Assembly: GCA_030248215.1 (NCBI GenBank) | Contig: JASANG010000864.1 | Location: 248,001-312,000, forward strand | Length of the DNA: 64,000 nt | Reading direction: 5' to 3' | Source of the DNA: Enoplolaimus lenunculus | Taxonomy: Eukaryota | Shown: positions 12,227-25,358 of the stretch, piece after piece | How the letters are laid out: each line of letters opens with the position of its first letter | Numbering within the stretch: position 1 is the first letter of the stretch | Made by a program: the position numbers and the translations under genes | Notes under the pieces: generated by a model | What the model saw: only the letters and a program-made list of their open reading frames with translations | What the model was told of the DNA's origin: nothing | The model's database searches: none

Positions 12227-12426
12227 CACTGTAAAAAATGGGGGTGTCAAATTGACTCTCTCGGAAACAGACATTTCCTGACTACACAAACTGAGTCAAA
12301 TTTGACTCCGCCAGAGTCAAATTCGATTCACTGTTGACTCTGGCGGAGTCAAATTTGACTCAGTTTGTGTAGTCAGGAAAAGCCTGTTTCCGAGAGAGTC
12401 AATTTGACTCCGCATTTTCTACAGTA
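12227..12426. mobile_element. Almost fully palindromic TA-TSD MITE (CACTGTAA...TTACAGTG family)
   Basis: Arms gtcaaattgactctctcggaaa...actacacaaactgagtcaaatttgactccgccagagtcaa and their reverse complement; other copies at 13015-13216 and 13943-14168. Confidence 0.88.
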
Positions 12427-12457
12427 TATAAGAACAGTAAATCTTTATAGCTTCTCG

Positions 12458-12636
12458 GGCCAATGTTGCTTTTAGGGGCGTAACGGTAGATTAAGCGTAT
12501 TTTTAAGCCTAAGCATAATCGTTGCAAAAATGTGTTTCTAAAGCCTAAGCCTAAGCAAAAAATGTAATCTAGAATCTAAACCTACTCTTTTATAGACCCA
12601 CCAGAAACCTGGACGCCCCTTAAAGTATCACGGGCC
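12458..12636. mobile_element. MITE with (CCTAAG)n and 8-bp TSD
   Basis: GGCC termini; perfect TSD GCTTCTCG; related copies at 1434-1856, about 51921-52052 and about 54400-54525. Confidence 0.85.
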
Positions 12637-13014
12637 GCTTCTCGTATAGGCATACTTCTATTTTACTGTTACGGAAGTTAAAAGGTGTTTCGTTTTTGTC
12701 AGTATCAGTGTTTGTAAAAGTTAGTTGCGCAGAGAAGTCTCAGCGCAATATCAAATGTCTAAACCTAAGCATAAGCCTAAACCGAGCATACGGACCAGTC
12801 AAAATCCAAATTCTACTTTATCGACGTACGCCCATAAAAGCACCATGAGCCCGTTCATAGAGGGTTTATGGAATACATCAGCGTCTTAGCTTTATAATAT
12901 TTGCTCCAGTTACACTACAGTCACGCATACCTATACCGACTATCGGATTTAGCACAAACTGTTGCAGTAAAGACTAAGTATGATTGTTTAAAACAACGCT
13001 TAAATAACAAAATA

Positions 13015-13216
13015 CACTGCACAAAATGGTGAGTCAAATTGACTCTCTCCGAAATAGGCTTTACGGGACTACACAAACTGAGTCGAATTCGACTTCGTTA
13101 GAGACAAATTCGAGAACGTTTTACTCTGGCGGCGTCGAATTTGACTCAGTTTGTGTACATCCGGAGATGGTATTTCAGAAAAAGTCAATTTGACTCACCA
13201 TTTTTTTTTTACAGTG
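13015..13216. mobile_element. Palindromic MITE copy
   Basis: Homologous to 12227-12426; foldback arms. Confidence 0.82.
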
Positions 13217-13942
13217 AAGACTAATTGATCTTTCGGAAACTGGACCTACAGAGAATACAGTTTGCTACAAAGCTTAAAAATGTAAGTATAAACTAAAAAT
13301 AAAAACTTCAGTTTAAAGCAGAGTGAGTTTTTATAACTGAGAATTAGTTGAATACATGCAGAAACGTGAATTCTGAGTTAGGTCTTTCAGAACTCAGAAT
13401 TCTGAATTGATTGAAGGCATTCAGAGTTAAATTAATCAACTCACCCGGAATTCAATCAGCTCAATGCAAGTTCATGTTTCATGTTATAATCTAAGAAATA
13501 AACCAGAAATGACTAATTCGCTTATCAATCTTGCTTGTAAGTCATTGACAACCTTTAAATGCCACTCCTGAAAATTTTTTAGCCCCCCCCAGCAAGGTGG
13601 GCTGGCTACGGGCCAGGGCGGATAGCGTCGAAAAGCTGATGCTTCAGACGTAAACAACTTTCGTACACCATGCTACAATTTTTATAAAGTGGTAATACGT
13701 TAGCAAACTTCAGCCATCTGCTGTTGTGCGACAGATTTATTTTAGTTGACACCAGCGCCTCGTAAAATGTCGGTAACGTGGGCCAATGTAAATAACAAGG
13801 GCGGAACAGTATTATAAACATATTCCGAAGCCTAAGCCTAAGCCTAAACCTAAGTGAAAGAATGAGCATATTCCTAAGCCAAAGCCTTTGCCTAAGCCAA
13901 GCAAAAAATAAGTCTAAAGCTTATGCTTACTTTATTCTAGTA

Positions 13943-14168
13943 CACTGTAAGAAACGGTGAGTCAAATTGACTCTCTCCGAAATATGCTTTTCCTGACTAC
14001 ACAAACTGAGTCAAATTTGACTGCGCCAGAGTCAAATTCGATTCACTCAATCGCTCAGTGAACAGTGAATCGAATTTGACTCTGGCGGAGTGAAATTTGA
14101 CTCAGTTTGTGCAGTCAGGAAAAGCCTATTTCCGCGAGATTCAATTTGACTCCCCATTTTTTACAGTG
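13943..14168. mobile_element. Palindromic MITE nested in a TTAGGC-type MITE (about 13780-14185)
   Basis: TA on both sides; the host resumes as ccacagaaaa after the insertion, as in uninterrupted host copies. Confidence 0.85.
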
Positions 14169-14679
14169 TACCACAGAAAAAATTTCGACGTGCAACCATT
14201 GCAAATGACAGGCATCAGAAGTCAATGCATAAAATTACGTTTGGCTTCTTGCTCGCTTTTATTCGTTCCTACTCATAGGCGACCCTTTTCGTTATGGAAT
14301 CCGTCACTATGCCAGTGCATGCGCATGCAAATATTGCAAAAAACATAACAAAACTATACTGTAACGAGCGTTCATGGAGTTATCTCAAACAAATTTACAA
14401 TACCCATACGTCATGTAGAATGAGCTGTATTTTAGATTATCAACTCCAGTGTTAACACACAGTGTTATTATTTCGTAGTTTATAGATTTTTATCTGTCCC
14501 GTTCATCGAATAAAATGAAAAAATTGTACAGCGACGGTTGACAAAGAGGGGTCAAACAAGGAAAGGTACGGGCATAAGTTATAAATGGATGGTCGGACCT
14601 TGGGCAAATTTGGTGTACTTGCTGCTGGCACTAGGTGAGAGTAGTGTTAAAAGCATTCCGATTAGGGCTCTTGGCTATA

Positions 14680-15090
14680 TTGTAGTGAACCGAATAAGAG
14701 GGGGGACTGATGTTTATTTGGCATTTCCAGAGGCTACCCCCCGTGTTATTCGGTTACGAACTGTTATATATTTTTAACCCACACTCAGCGACCCTTCGTT
14801 CCTTATAAATGTCCGGTACTGCCATAATATCAAAAGTTTGATCGACAATGCAATGTTATACTAAGGTATGTACTTTCAAAACTTATGTATGCTTTAAAAT
14901 TTCGAACTCAACTTAATTTAGGCCTGAAGTGACTTATGCACTACAATTAGGGATAATTAACATTGTTGGTCTCTTAGGGTTTAGGAACTGCATCCGTTTA
15001 TGGACTCTTATTAGGGATACGGGCTCCTATTGATTGGTACTCAAAATGGGAACCCCGCTCATATTACTTCCCTTTCGTGTCAATACAGTA
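14680..15090. mobile_element. MITE (TACTGTA.TGACCCGAATAAG family), inverted relative to the 50956 copy
   Basis: Reverse complement of 50956-51397; partial copies at about 4424-4640 and about 5810-5855. Confidence 0.75.
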
Positions 15091-17180
15091 CACTTGTTTG
15101 GAGTATCTTAGTATAATCTTCAAATTTTGGCATTAACTTTGGGTATTTAGGATTGGGCTTAAGCTGAAGGATAACACCCTAGGTTTGAATAGTTGCGCAG
15201 TAGCGCAGTGAGAATTTATGGGATGGTAGGGAGAGCGAGAAACCAACTATATTTATTAAAAGTCTAGCAACTAAAGTTTGCTTGTAAACGGGTCTATTCA
15301 CAGGCTACGTTTTTACACGATTTACAAAAAGATAAACACAAGCGAAGGTGAGCGGCAGAAATGATTGAGCGTTTTTAATGATATATGGGCCTGTGTTAAA
15401 GGGCCTGGCCACTGGGAGACAGGGACACTATGGTAAACTGGGAGACTGGGACACTGTGAGACTGAAGTGCTGGGAGACTAACCTTATGCTTAGTGACCTA
15501 ATACTATAGAATCGGGCCCGTAGCCAAGGGGGGGGGGGGCAGGAGAACTCAACCCCTGGAAAAATTTTGGTCCCCCTAGAGAATTTTCAACCTTGCTTGT
15601 AATTCATTGAAAACCCTTGAATGCTTCTCTTTAAAATTTTTAGCCAACCCTAGCAATAGAGTTGGCTACGGGCCTATATACAATTTAACGACCGAGTTCT
15701 TATACTAGAAATTTAGATTTGGAAATACGTAAAGAAGCCAGCCACGTCTTTCATTCAATCTCCAGCCCATGTAAAGATCACGGGCGGTACGTTATTCCGT
15801 AGGACGAACCAAGAGATCAGCGGCGAGATGGGTATACAGCAATAGTACCTAGAGTAGCGAATAGAAGGAAAACTAATTTCTAAAACACTTGCCGGTACAA
15901 TACACAAGGAGTACAAGAAAACTGACAAATCACTAACAGACTTAATTTTCGAGATTTGGTCGCCATGGAGATCAAACATATGTAATAATTGCTACTGGCA
16001 ACAATGACTGAACTTGACGCAATATTTTATTAGCATTTGGGCAAGCTCCGCTCTTTAGATGGTGATCAAAACAGAGCCAACGCTATGGTTTGTCTAAACT
16101 GTATTTATGTTTGCTTCCAAAAATTTTTCCCTCTGAATGAGATTAACGATACCTCAGATTTGCAGTCAAGACTTAACACGATATGCATCTTTACCTGAAT
16201 TCGCTAACTGCCTTTGAAATTGTCAGATATAGACTTGATTTATTTTCCAAAAGTCCGTCAGTGTGGTGCATATTGGCCTTGATGTGGAAACATGCCTTTA
16301 AAGTGCAATCATGACATTTTATAAAGTCAGGATTTAACAATTTTTTTATACTGAACCCAAGCCAACAGTTTTCAAAAAAAGTTTCTGATTGGAGTTGCTA
16401 ACTTATGTTCGATGTTGTCAGAAAGTAGTACCAAATCTGTGGTTTAGAAATGTTTTTGATATGCATTAGAAGTAGTGTTGTTGTTGTTGTAGTTAAATTG
16501 TACCTTTGTTATTTCGCGAAATAAACTTCCTCTCTTAAGCTATAGCCGCTATTACAGAATAGCTAGTACGCTTTTAGCTGCTGTTGGTTGGGCTGCTGTG
16601 TTTTACATGGTTTACCGACACTCGACCAACGGTTCGTTCCGCCTACAGTAATTAGTTAACTTTCTGCGACGTTCGCGAATGGTGCAAGCAAAAGTCTAAC
16701 GAGCACGTGAAATTGTTTGATCCATGTAATAATCCAGCAGTTATCCAGTAACCTGTAAAAGTGGTTTTCACTTGTTCAGACATTTCGTGAGCACATGCAT
16801 CCTCTACCACTCTTGAAAGGATTAATTGATGTTAAATTTGACTGTTGGTCACATGAGTGTAATAATACCACTTTTTCAGCTTTCTATAGCACAATACGTT
16901 TTGACTATTGGTACACATGGTATAGATGTGCATGTGCGCAGTGTATGTAATGTTAAGACACGTATTCACGTGCACATATGCACGCTTGACTCACAGGCGA
17001 GTGGTTATAGGTTCGATCTCCAGCTCGGCCATGTCTTTCAGAGAAATTTATGAAAAAAAATCAAGTATTATCGCTGTACTTTGGGGAAAGGGGCCGTCCA
17101 GTTTTTTTCAGACACTTAATTTATGTTGTATAGACATAAACAGGTGTAATTGACATAGATTTGTTGGTGCCACCACTAAT

Positions 17181-20100
17181 ATGCCAGCAGGCGACAACAG
17201 AGATATAATATATTCTGCGTATAAAAAGGTAGGCAAATTGACTATCGAAGTGCTTATTTACTCGAATTGCTGACGTAAATCTTGATGAAAACTTGAAACT
17301 CTCCATAACGGTGGTGTGAACTGATCAATAAATAGCGATTGTATCTCGAAACGTGCCGATTAATTGGCATCGGTATCTGTAATAATGAACACTTTTTGTG
17401 AGTATCGACATCGGCACAGGAAAAAATTGCCGATTGCAAAATCAGGCTTCGTTAAGCTAATTGTTTATTTGTCGCGTTAGTTTGGGCACTGTTGCGCTAA
17501 TATTTCGTGTGTTTTTCACTTGTTATTTCCATGGTGGTATCGACTGTTGTGCAATGTTAAACGTAGCTTGCAAGTGTATTTGGAAACTGCTCATTCTTAG
17601 ATTTATTACGCAACAAATTGTGGAGTTATTTTCATTTTTTCTAGGGCACGATCGTATGGCTGTCAGATGAAGAAACGGTTTGGATTGAAGGTGTTGTGGA
17701 GTCGGTCTCGCTACCTTCGAAGCGAAGCGTCAGACAGTCAGAAGTCAACATATCTGTGAAAAACACAAAAACCAAAGCGGTAGGAACTGTTAATTGCATT
17801 ATATGTATAGTTCTTAATATTACCGTTCACTCCTCAATTCGGTGAAATCCGTAGAATACTTGCAAGTTAGTAGGCAGCACAGTTAAGCTCCCAGTTGTTA
17901 TTAAATTAGGAGTCATCAGTATTGGTTTTAGCCGCCTTGTTTGTAGTGTAGTGTAGTGTAGGCACCCTCAGGTTTGCTCAAGAAGCCTTGTTACACTACT
18001 GCATTTTTATATGACGCATTTGCACGTAAATTATTCTTTCAGGTTGTTCAGGTATTGATTTCAAGTGCTAAGGATCTTCCACCATTAAAAAATCCAGATA
18101 TTTTAATTGGGGAGAATGATTTAACGTCGCTAAGCTATTTGCACGAGCCAGCAGGTAATTTTCTTACGTATTTACCCAACGTATACCACTGAACCTGATC
18201 GTGCGGAAACATGTTTTTAAAATTGATTTTGAGTATTTGACGCAGCTTAGTTTGACATTAAAAGGTATACACAGTTGTTGAATAGTTTTGAACGACCCAT
18301 CCAGCTTTGATCGAAAACGTTGCCTTCGCCGCTTGTTCAAGACAGAAGCACTTTTAAGTCAAACAATAATATATGCTGCTTGTTTTTAGTTCTACACAAT
18401 TTGAAGTATCGTTTTACAAACCAACGGTTAATTTATACTTATTGCGGTAAGTTTAACTATATACGTATGTACACGTATGTAAAGAATGCTATATATGTAA
18501 TTGTTTTTTCTTGAAGGTAAATCGTTAGAAGTGTACCATCAGTTTTTTCTAATTTGGGTTGAGTTTGCCGAACGGACTATGGTGGGAAAGTTTTGGCCAA
18601 AGTAGGAACAAGGCGATTCTTTTTCGAAGTTGGCAACGTCGTAAATGTGTGTGAGTTTAGTAACTTGTCTTATTGAATGTTTCAAATCTCGAAGGGACCG
18701 ACTGCGAATCGTGGCGTCCTGAACATATTTGTTATGAGAAAGAAATAATTTACGTTCTGCTTTGTGCGCTACATATTCAAAACAGCCTGAAATGCGAAGG
18801 ATCTTGTTTTAAACTGTGAACTGTTAATCTTTGAAGTTTGTTCAGGCATCGTATTGGTTGCAATCAACCCGTATCATGATGTTGATATGTACAGTTCAGT
18901 GTATTGTTCGTTATATCGGGGGCAAAACGTACGTGAACTCGATCCGCATATTTTTGGCGTTGCTGAAGAAGCATGTACAATATTACACAGGTCGGTTTGA
19001 GAGAGCTCTAGAATTTTCGAAGGTGAAAGTTTTATTTCAGCTATTTACGTACTTTTAAAGTGGAATATTTATTCCAACTGTTTCCTTTAAAATTGGATTC
19101 TATTCCGAGTGTTTACTTAAGAAGTGAAATTTCTGTTCTAATTATTAACTCAAAAAGCCCATACTGGACGTTATTTGGTAACATTCACCGTTGTATTTCA
19201 CGTGGACTAAACCGTTTTTGTAATAATGAATGTAGGAAGGCATATGTATGTGGGTGTGGGTAAATATACTCGTCATTTGGTGGGAGGTTTTAGAGTACCG
19301 CAGCGACTTCAGTTGCAAATGTTTGCTCGATTCAGTATATAATCTCTTTTTTGCGTTCCGAGGTGGACATTTTCTTGCATTCGACTACGAGGGCGGCCAA
19401 AAAACTGCATTGTATATATTGAATTTCTGCGCTCCAACCGGGGTGGGACATTACCCGCGGGTACCCGTGTTAAAACGCGGGTCGGGTAAAGATTTTTTCC
19501 ACGCGGGTAAAAATTCAGTTTTTATCCTCGGCAAACTGTTAAGTTTGAAGGTGGATAATCTATGCTATTGTCTGTTTTATTTCTGGTGAGGTTAAGTCCG
19601 TGCTTTATTTAGCTGGGTTTGAAATGTTGTATCTAGGAAAATTCATTGAAGCTTTGTCGCAAAATTTCATTATTTAAAATAATGGTTTGACTTCAGGCTC
19701 GGGTAAAAGGGTCGTGGGTACATCTTATTTGCACGGGTATACCCGCGGGTAAAATATTCTTGTTAGCGTGGGTAAACCGCGGGTCGTGTAAAAAAATTCA
19801 TACCCACTTCTCACTCTGACTCTAACTATATTGAAGAAACGGGGTTCTGTTTAACTGCAGCTTTTTACTTTTGCCAGACTTCAATTCAGCGTGGAAATTT
19901 ATTTCCTGTGAACCGATGTCCTGTGTTTCTTCTTACAAAAATATTGCGATTAATATTTGCTGCAATTAGCTGATTTTTTGCAAAAAGCAGACATAGTTTG
20001 TGCATTTCTCTAGAGATTTCACAGATAAATTTTGTAGCCAGAGCGATAAAAATGGCAGCCCAATGCGTAAGAATGAATAGCCTATACCCATTATCTTGTA

Positions 20101-23100
20101 AAATGTTTTGATAAATGTTTGCGCTATGCTAGAACTAAAATTTTTAATTATTGTTTTGTTGTGTGTACGGATGTGGCGATTAATCGGCATCGGTAATATG
20201 GAATCTTTTCGTGTGTATAAGCGTCGACATCTATGCTGAAAACTTGCAGATTCTTTGCCAATACTTTTCTTTTTTGCACTTTAGCTGTGAGTTGCAATGC
20301 TATCAGTTCCACTAATTTACGTATATCAGTGTGGCTCATCAGGAAACAGAAAAAATAACTGAAACGAGCCGCTCTCATAAAATTGCAACCGTTTATAGTC
20401 TTATCGCAATCGGCACCGATATCGGTTCACCACCGCCGAAATTTCAAAGAAGAATCGGTATAGGCAAAAAATTCTGCAATTAGAATTCTGATTTAATACG
20501 AATTCCGATTCCGATTACAAGATCAACCGGAATCGGAATTTTGAAATTTTAACTTTAATCCTAATTTCTGTGATATGTTGTTTAAAAATTATTTCGGTCT
20601 CAACATCCAAACACACAAAAGTACCATCTTGATTTGAAAATAATGCATATGACGTTTTTGAAAATTGCTGCCAGCCAATAGACACCCTAAATCGATATTA
20701 CATTTGTTAATACAAATTTATCAGCATAGTCAGAAAATTTGTAGTTCAGATTACGATTCCGATATAAATTTGCTGTTCCAATACCAATATAATCCAGTTC
20801 GGCTTTGCACCCCGGTACGTATGTTTTAACACTGTTTTTCATATGAGAAGATTTATGGCAATGGAAGACGAACTAGGAAGGAAACGCATACATGGATTAA
20901 AAACTTCTTTGGAGGGCAAAGTTGCCCCCTCCCTATGTGTCCACGGGATCGTTCCAAATGAATCTAAGTTTTGTGTATTACCTAAAGATTTTTTGTAAAA
21001 ATCCGATATACGTATATAATTCACCTGTATTTGTTTTGATTTAATAATTTAAGCATCTTGTATCATTTTTGTTGGGCATAACGTTTAAGGTGTGTTATTG
21101 CGAAACCGCAGTAAAATATGTGTGTTGCTTTAGCGCTTACGTATTGTTTCTAAAACGGAAGATGTCAGCTTGTATTTATTTGTCGCTTGCAAATATATAT
21201 TGTATATATACGTAGTGTTGTACAATGCAAACAAAACAATTACAAAGATGACTGAGATTTTTGTGTGTAAATCTGTAAACATTATTATAATAATACGTAT
21301 GTACCGGTGCGTTGCAGAGGCAATGTGTGTAGATAATGGCGTGGCAGGTTGGTGTGGGTAGGGACCTTTTAAACGGCAAGGTGTAAATTGGAAATAAACA
21401 GCTCACTGACACTCAGGTCTGACTGGAGTCGGAGATTGGGGTTTGATGCTGAATCGAAATATGATGGGCAAGCTGCCGAAAAAGTCGGCACTAATACTGT
21501 TAGGACTATGCATTTTGTAACTGTTTGGTGTTTTGGGATGTCTTCTTCTCATCCGGTATTTCCGGTATTTGTACAAAAAGTCCGGATTTCTGCTGTTGCA
21601 CTGTTTCACCCGCATTTACGTTTGAGCTTCGACTTACTTGTGCACTAAACAGCCTAATTCTAAGCCTATGCCTTAGCCTACGCCTAAGCTTTAGTCTAAC
21701 AACCTAGGTCTAAGCCTTAGCCTTTAGTTCGACAGGGGACTTTATAAGAGCCCAGATTGCAAGTTTTGCTTATTTCAGTATGTCATGACCGTCCGTAAAT
21801 ATTTTTCATGTTCATTTGAAAGGGCAGATATTTGGGGTTCTTTTGCTCCACTATTTTTGAACTTAAATTTCATTGTCGAAAATTTTAAAGATTATTTATC
21901 GTTCGGCCCAGTTTGAACCGCAAAAACGAAATTTTCAAAACTCACATTTTGGTGGTAACCAGAAGCGATTATGGTAAATGCAAGCGGGAACAACTTTGGA
22001 AAGTTGGGACTTTTTAGGTAAATATTGACGGGAGCTGTTCATTCGCTGTGTCCCGTTAAGGATGGGGGCTTTATCCTTTGGTCTTGTTCTCATCCGGCGA
22101 AATTAAATGGATAATCTTTCGACCGTAAAAATTTAAGTTTTTATACAGAATTCCCAGCTACTCACGCCTGATAGCTAAAGAAATACGAGTGCGCAAAAAA
22201 ACGCAAGAATGTGTGTTAAATGTGTGAAAACAGAAGTAGAATAGTACAAGAAAAGACGCGTTTCATAGTTAATTTCAGTTTGCGTTTTACTGGAATGGAT
22301 TGATTTATAGCCGGTCCGGATGTGCATTGCGGTGGGCGTTTTTTGAATGTCACTTGGTTTTTTGAAAAAAAAATCAGTGAACACCTCGTATTTCACCCAA
22401 AGAACCATGGTCCCCCACCTCTCTCTCAGTGGCGAACGCATAGGTAATAGTTAGCTAATAACTAATTTGCATATTACCTTAATTGCTTATGTGTGTTCGA
22501 GCTTCGCTCAATAAATGTAGTCCCACAACGACTGGTTATATTTTTATTTTAATATTTTTTAGTCAAAACTACAATCAAAGCATAATTGTATCTGGTGAGA
22601 GTGGAGCTGGCAAGACAGTTTCAGCAAAATATGTTATGCAGTATTTTGCTGCGGTTGGCTCAGACGCAGGCTCAAGTGTACAGAGTGATGTGGAAAATCG
22701 TGTTTTGTCCTCAAATCCACTGATGGAGGTATTCACTATGTTTATTGACATGAAATTTTGTGCAAAAATTATAAGTTGTGCACAAGAATTAAATAGATTG
22801 TGCTTTCGCACTGATTTTCGCACATAAAATATACTGATACGTATATTAGGTATCCATATACATATTGCCACTTTTGTGGGCGGAGGGTTAAAAAAGTGAA
22901 GTTAAAAACGAATTTTTGCTTCAGTGGAAAAACCAACCAGTATTACTTGTCTGTAAGACTGGAACGAGTCATCGTAAAAGTACCTCACGAATAAATTACT
23001 GGAAAATGGTTTTAGGCTTTTGGAAATGCGAAAACAATACGCAACGACAACAGCTCGCGGTTTGGTAAATTCATTCAAATCGAATTTGCAGACTTGATGC

Positions 23101-25324
23101 AGTTGACCGGTGCGAAAATGCAAACGTATTTGCTTGAAAAGTCTCGTGTTGTTTTCCAGGTGTGTAATTTTTATTTACGTTTAATTTTAATTTTTGACAC
23201 TGTCAGTTTGCGATGGTGTTGAAGATGTAATTTTTTTTGCTTTGTGTTAAGTCCACTATGCAACTAAACGTGGAGGCTATCAGACCAAGATGACGACTGA
23301 GCAAAAATTGGCATTGGTACTAAACTTGAAGTCGAAGAGAAGGATTCTAAGAATGTGGTTTAAACATACCTACCTTCCTCCATTAAAGGACATTACTAAA
23401 CTTGAAGTCGAAGAGCAGGATTCTGAGAATGTGGTTTAAACATACCTACCTTCCTCCATTAAAGGACTTCAAACCTAAAGCTATTTTCTTGAACAATAAA
23501 CTTCGTTTTGTTATAAACTATTCTGGCAAAATATTTTTATATTTTTAGGCTTCCGGTGAACGAAATTACCACATATTTTATCAGTTGTGTTCAGCGGCGA
23601 CTCGAGGTCATCGCGAATTTCAAGAATTGCACTCGCTAATATTGGGTACGTGGAATAGGTTTTCACTTTTTAATATTTTCATTTACACATTGTGTTGCAG
23701 TTCACTGAATGAAAGTTTCCGTGAAAACATGCAGCCTGTTTTATGCAAAGGTTACTGTATATAACTTTAATACTACTACTGCTAGTACTACTACTGCTAC
23801 TGCTACTACTGCTAATAATAATACCAGTCGTAGTGGGACTACATTTATTGAGCGAAGCTCGAACACACGTAAGCAATTAAGGTAATATGCAAATTAGGTA
23901 TTAGCTAACTATTCATTTATCGGTTTTGGAGGTTTGTGAACAGTTTATCCAAATTCTTCATACCCAAAGATCCTTCAGTAACCCTTAAAGTTAGTGAAAT
24001 ATTGCAAAATCCTAATTTAGGATAATCAGTTATGCTAATATGCAAATTAGTTATTAGCTAACTACTCAATTATCGTTTCTGAAGGTTTGTAGGCAATTTG
24101 TTCAGATTCCTCGCACCCAAAAACCCTTCAGCCACCCTATAATTTTTGGAATAATTTAAAAAGTCCTAATTTTGTCTTGTCAATTAAGCTAATATGCAAA
24201 TTAACTATTAGCTAACTATTCAATTATCGCTTTTGGATGTTTGTAAACTATTGATACAGGTTCCTCGCACCCAAAAACCTTCAGTAAACCGTAGTAATTA
24301 TTGAAATAATTTAAAAAGTCCTAGTTTTGTCTTGCCAATTAAGCTAATATGCAAAATAGCTATTAGCTAACTGTTCAATTATCGGTTTTGGATGTTTGTA
24401 AGCTATTTATTCAAATTCCTCTCACCTAAAAACCCTTTAGTGCTGAAATTATATTGCTTTTAACCGTAAGAATTAGCGAAATATTGTAAAAAGTCCTAAT
24501 TTAGGCTTATAAACTATGCTAATATGCAAATTATGTATTAGCTAACTGCTCAATTATCGGTTTTGGAGGTTTGTAAACAGTCTACGCAGATTTCTCGCAC
24601 CCAAAAACCCTTTAATGCTAAAATTAGATTGCTTCTAACTGTAATAATTAGTGAAATATTGTGGAAAGTCATAATTTAGGCTTAATTAATTATGCAAATT
24701 AGCCTGTAGCTAATAAACAGCTTAAAATGTTGAAACCCCAATGCGAGGTTAACAGCCCTGGATAATTGGCTTTCAAACAAAAAAAGTTTATCAAAATCGG
24801 TTCAGCCGTTCCTGAGATTCTTTTCGGACGGACAGCCGGACAGACGGACGGACGGCCGACATCCACCTTTCGACCCCCAAGTACAAAACATAAAACGCTT
24901 CGCGAAACTCCGAGCTTCGATTGAAGTTTCGTTTCGCTCAATTGAACCGATTTTGATAGTGTTAACATCGCATTGGGGTTTTAGAAATTTAAGCCGTTTA
25001 TTAGCAACAGGCTAATTTGTATGATTGGTTAAGCTTAAATTAGGACTTTTTGCATTTTTTACTAATTTAGTAATACGAGCCATCTAATTTCAGCACTAAA
25101 GGGTTTTTGGGTGCCAACAAGCAATCTAATTCCAATACTGGAGTGCGAGCAATCTAAATAAATCATTTATGAACCTCTAAAACCGATAATTAAATAGTTA
25201 GCTAATAGCTATTTTGCAAAATAGTTTAATAGGAAAGTAAGTGGGTTATGGCATGTTTAACTTGACTGATTAAAAACTGTCCGAGCTTCGCTCAATACAT
25301 GTAGTTCCACTACGACTGGTTTAG

Positions 25325-25358
<34 letters not shown>

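Noticed and set aside
15780..16010. Possible LINE C-terminal remnant (similar weak signal at about 21320-21480)
   Set aside because: Only vague resemblance, with stop codons and no diagnostic motif.
17031..17066. ATG TCT TTC AGA GAA ATT TAT GAA AAA (MSFREIYEKK) as the myosin V first exon
   Set aside because: It has no in-phase GT donor. 17181-17228 ([16 protein letters not shown]|gtaggc) joins in phase 0 to the next exon and fits better.
23870..24720. Regularly spaced repeats resembling a CRISPR array
   Set aside because: The intervening sequences are homologous to each other, so this is a tandem satellite in a eukaryotic intron; no cas genes are present.
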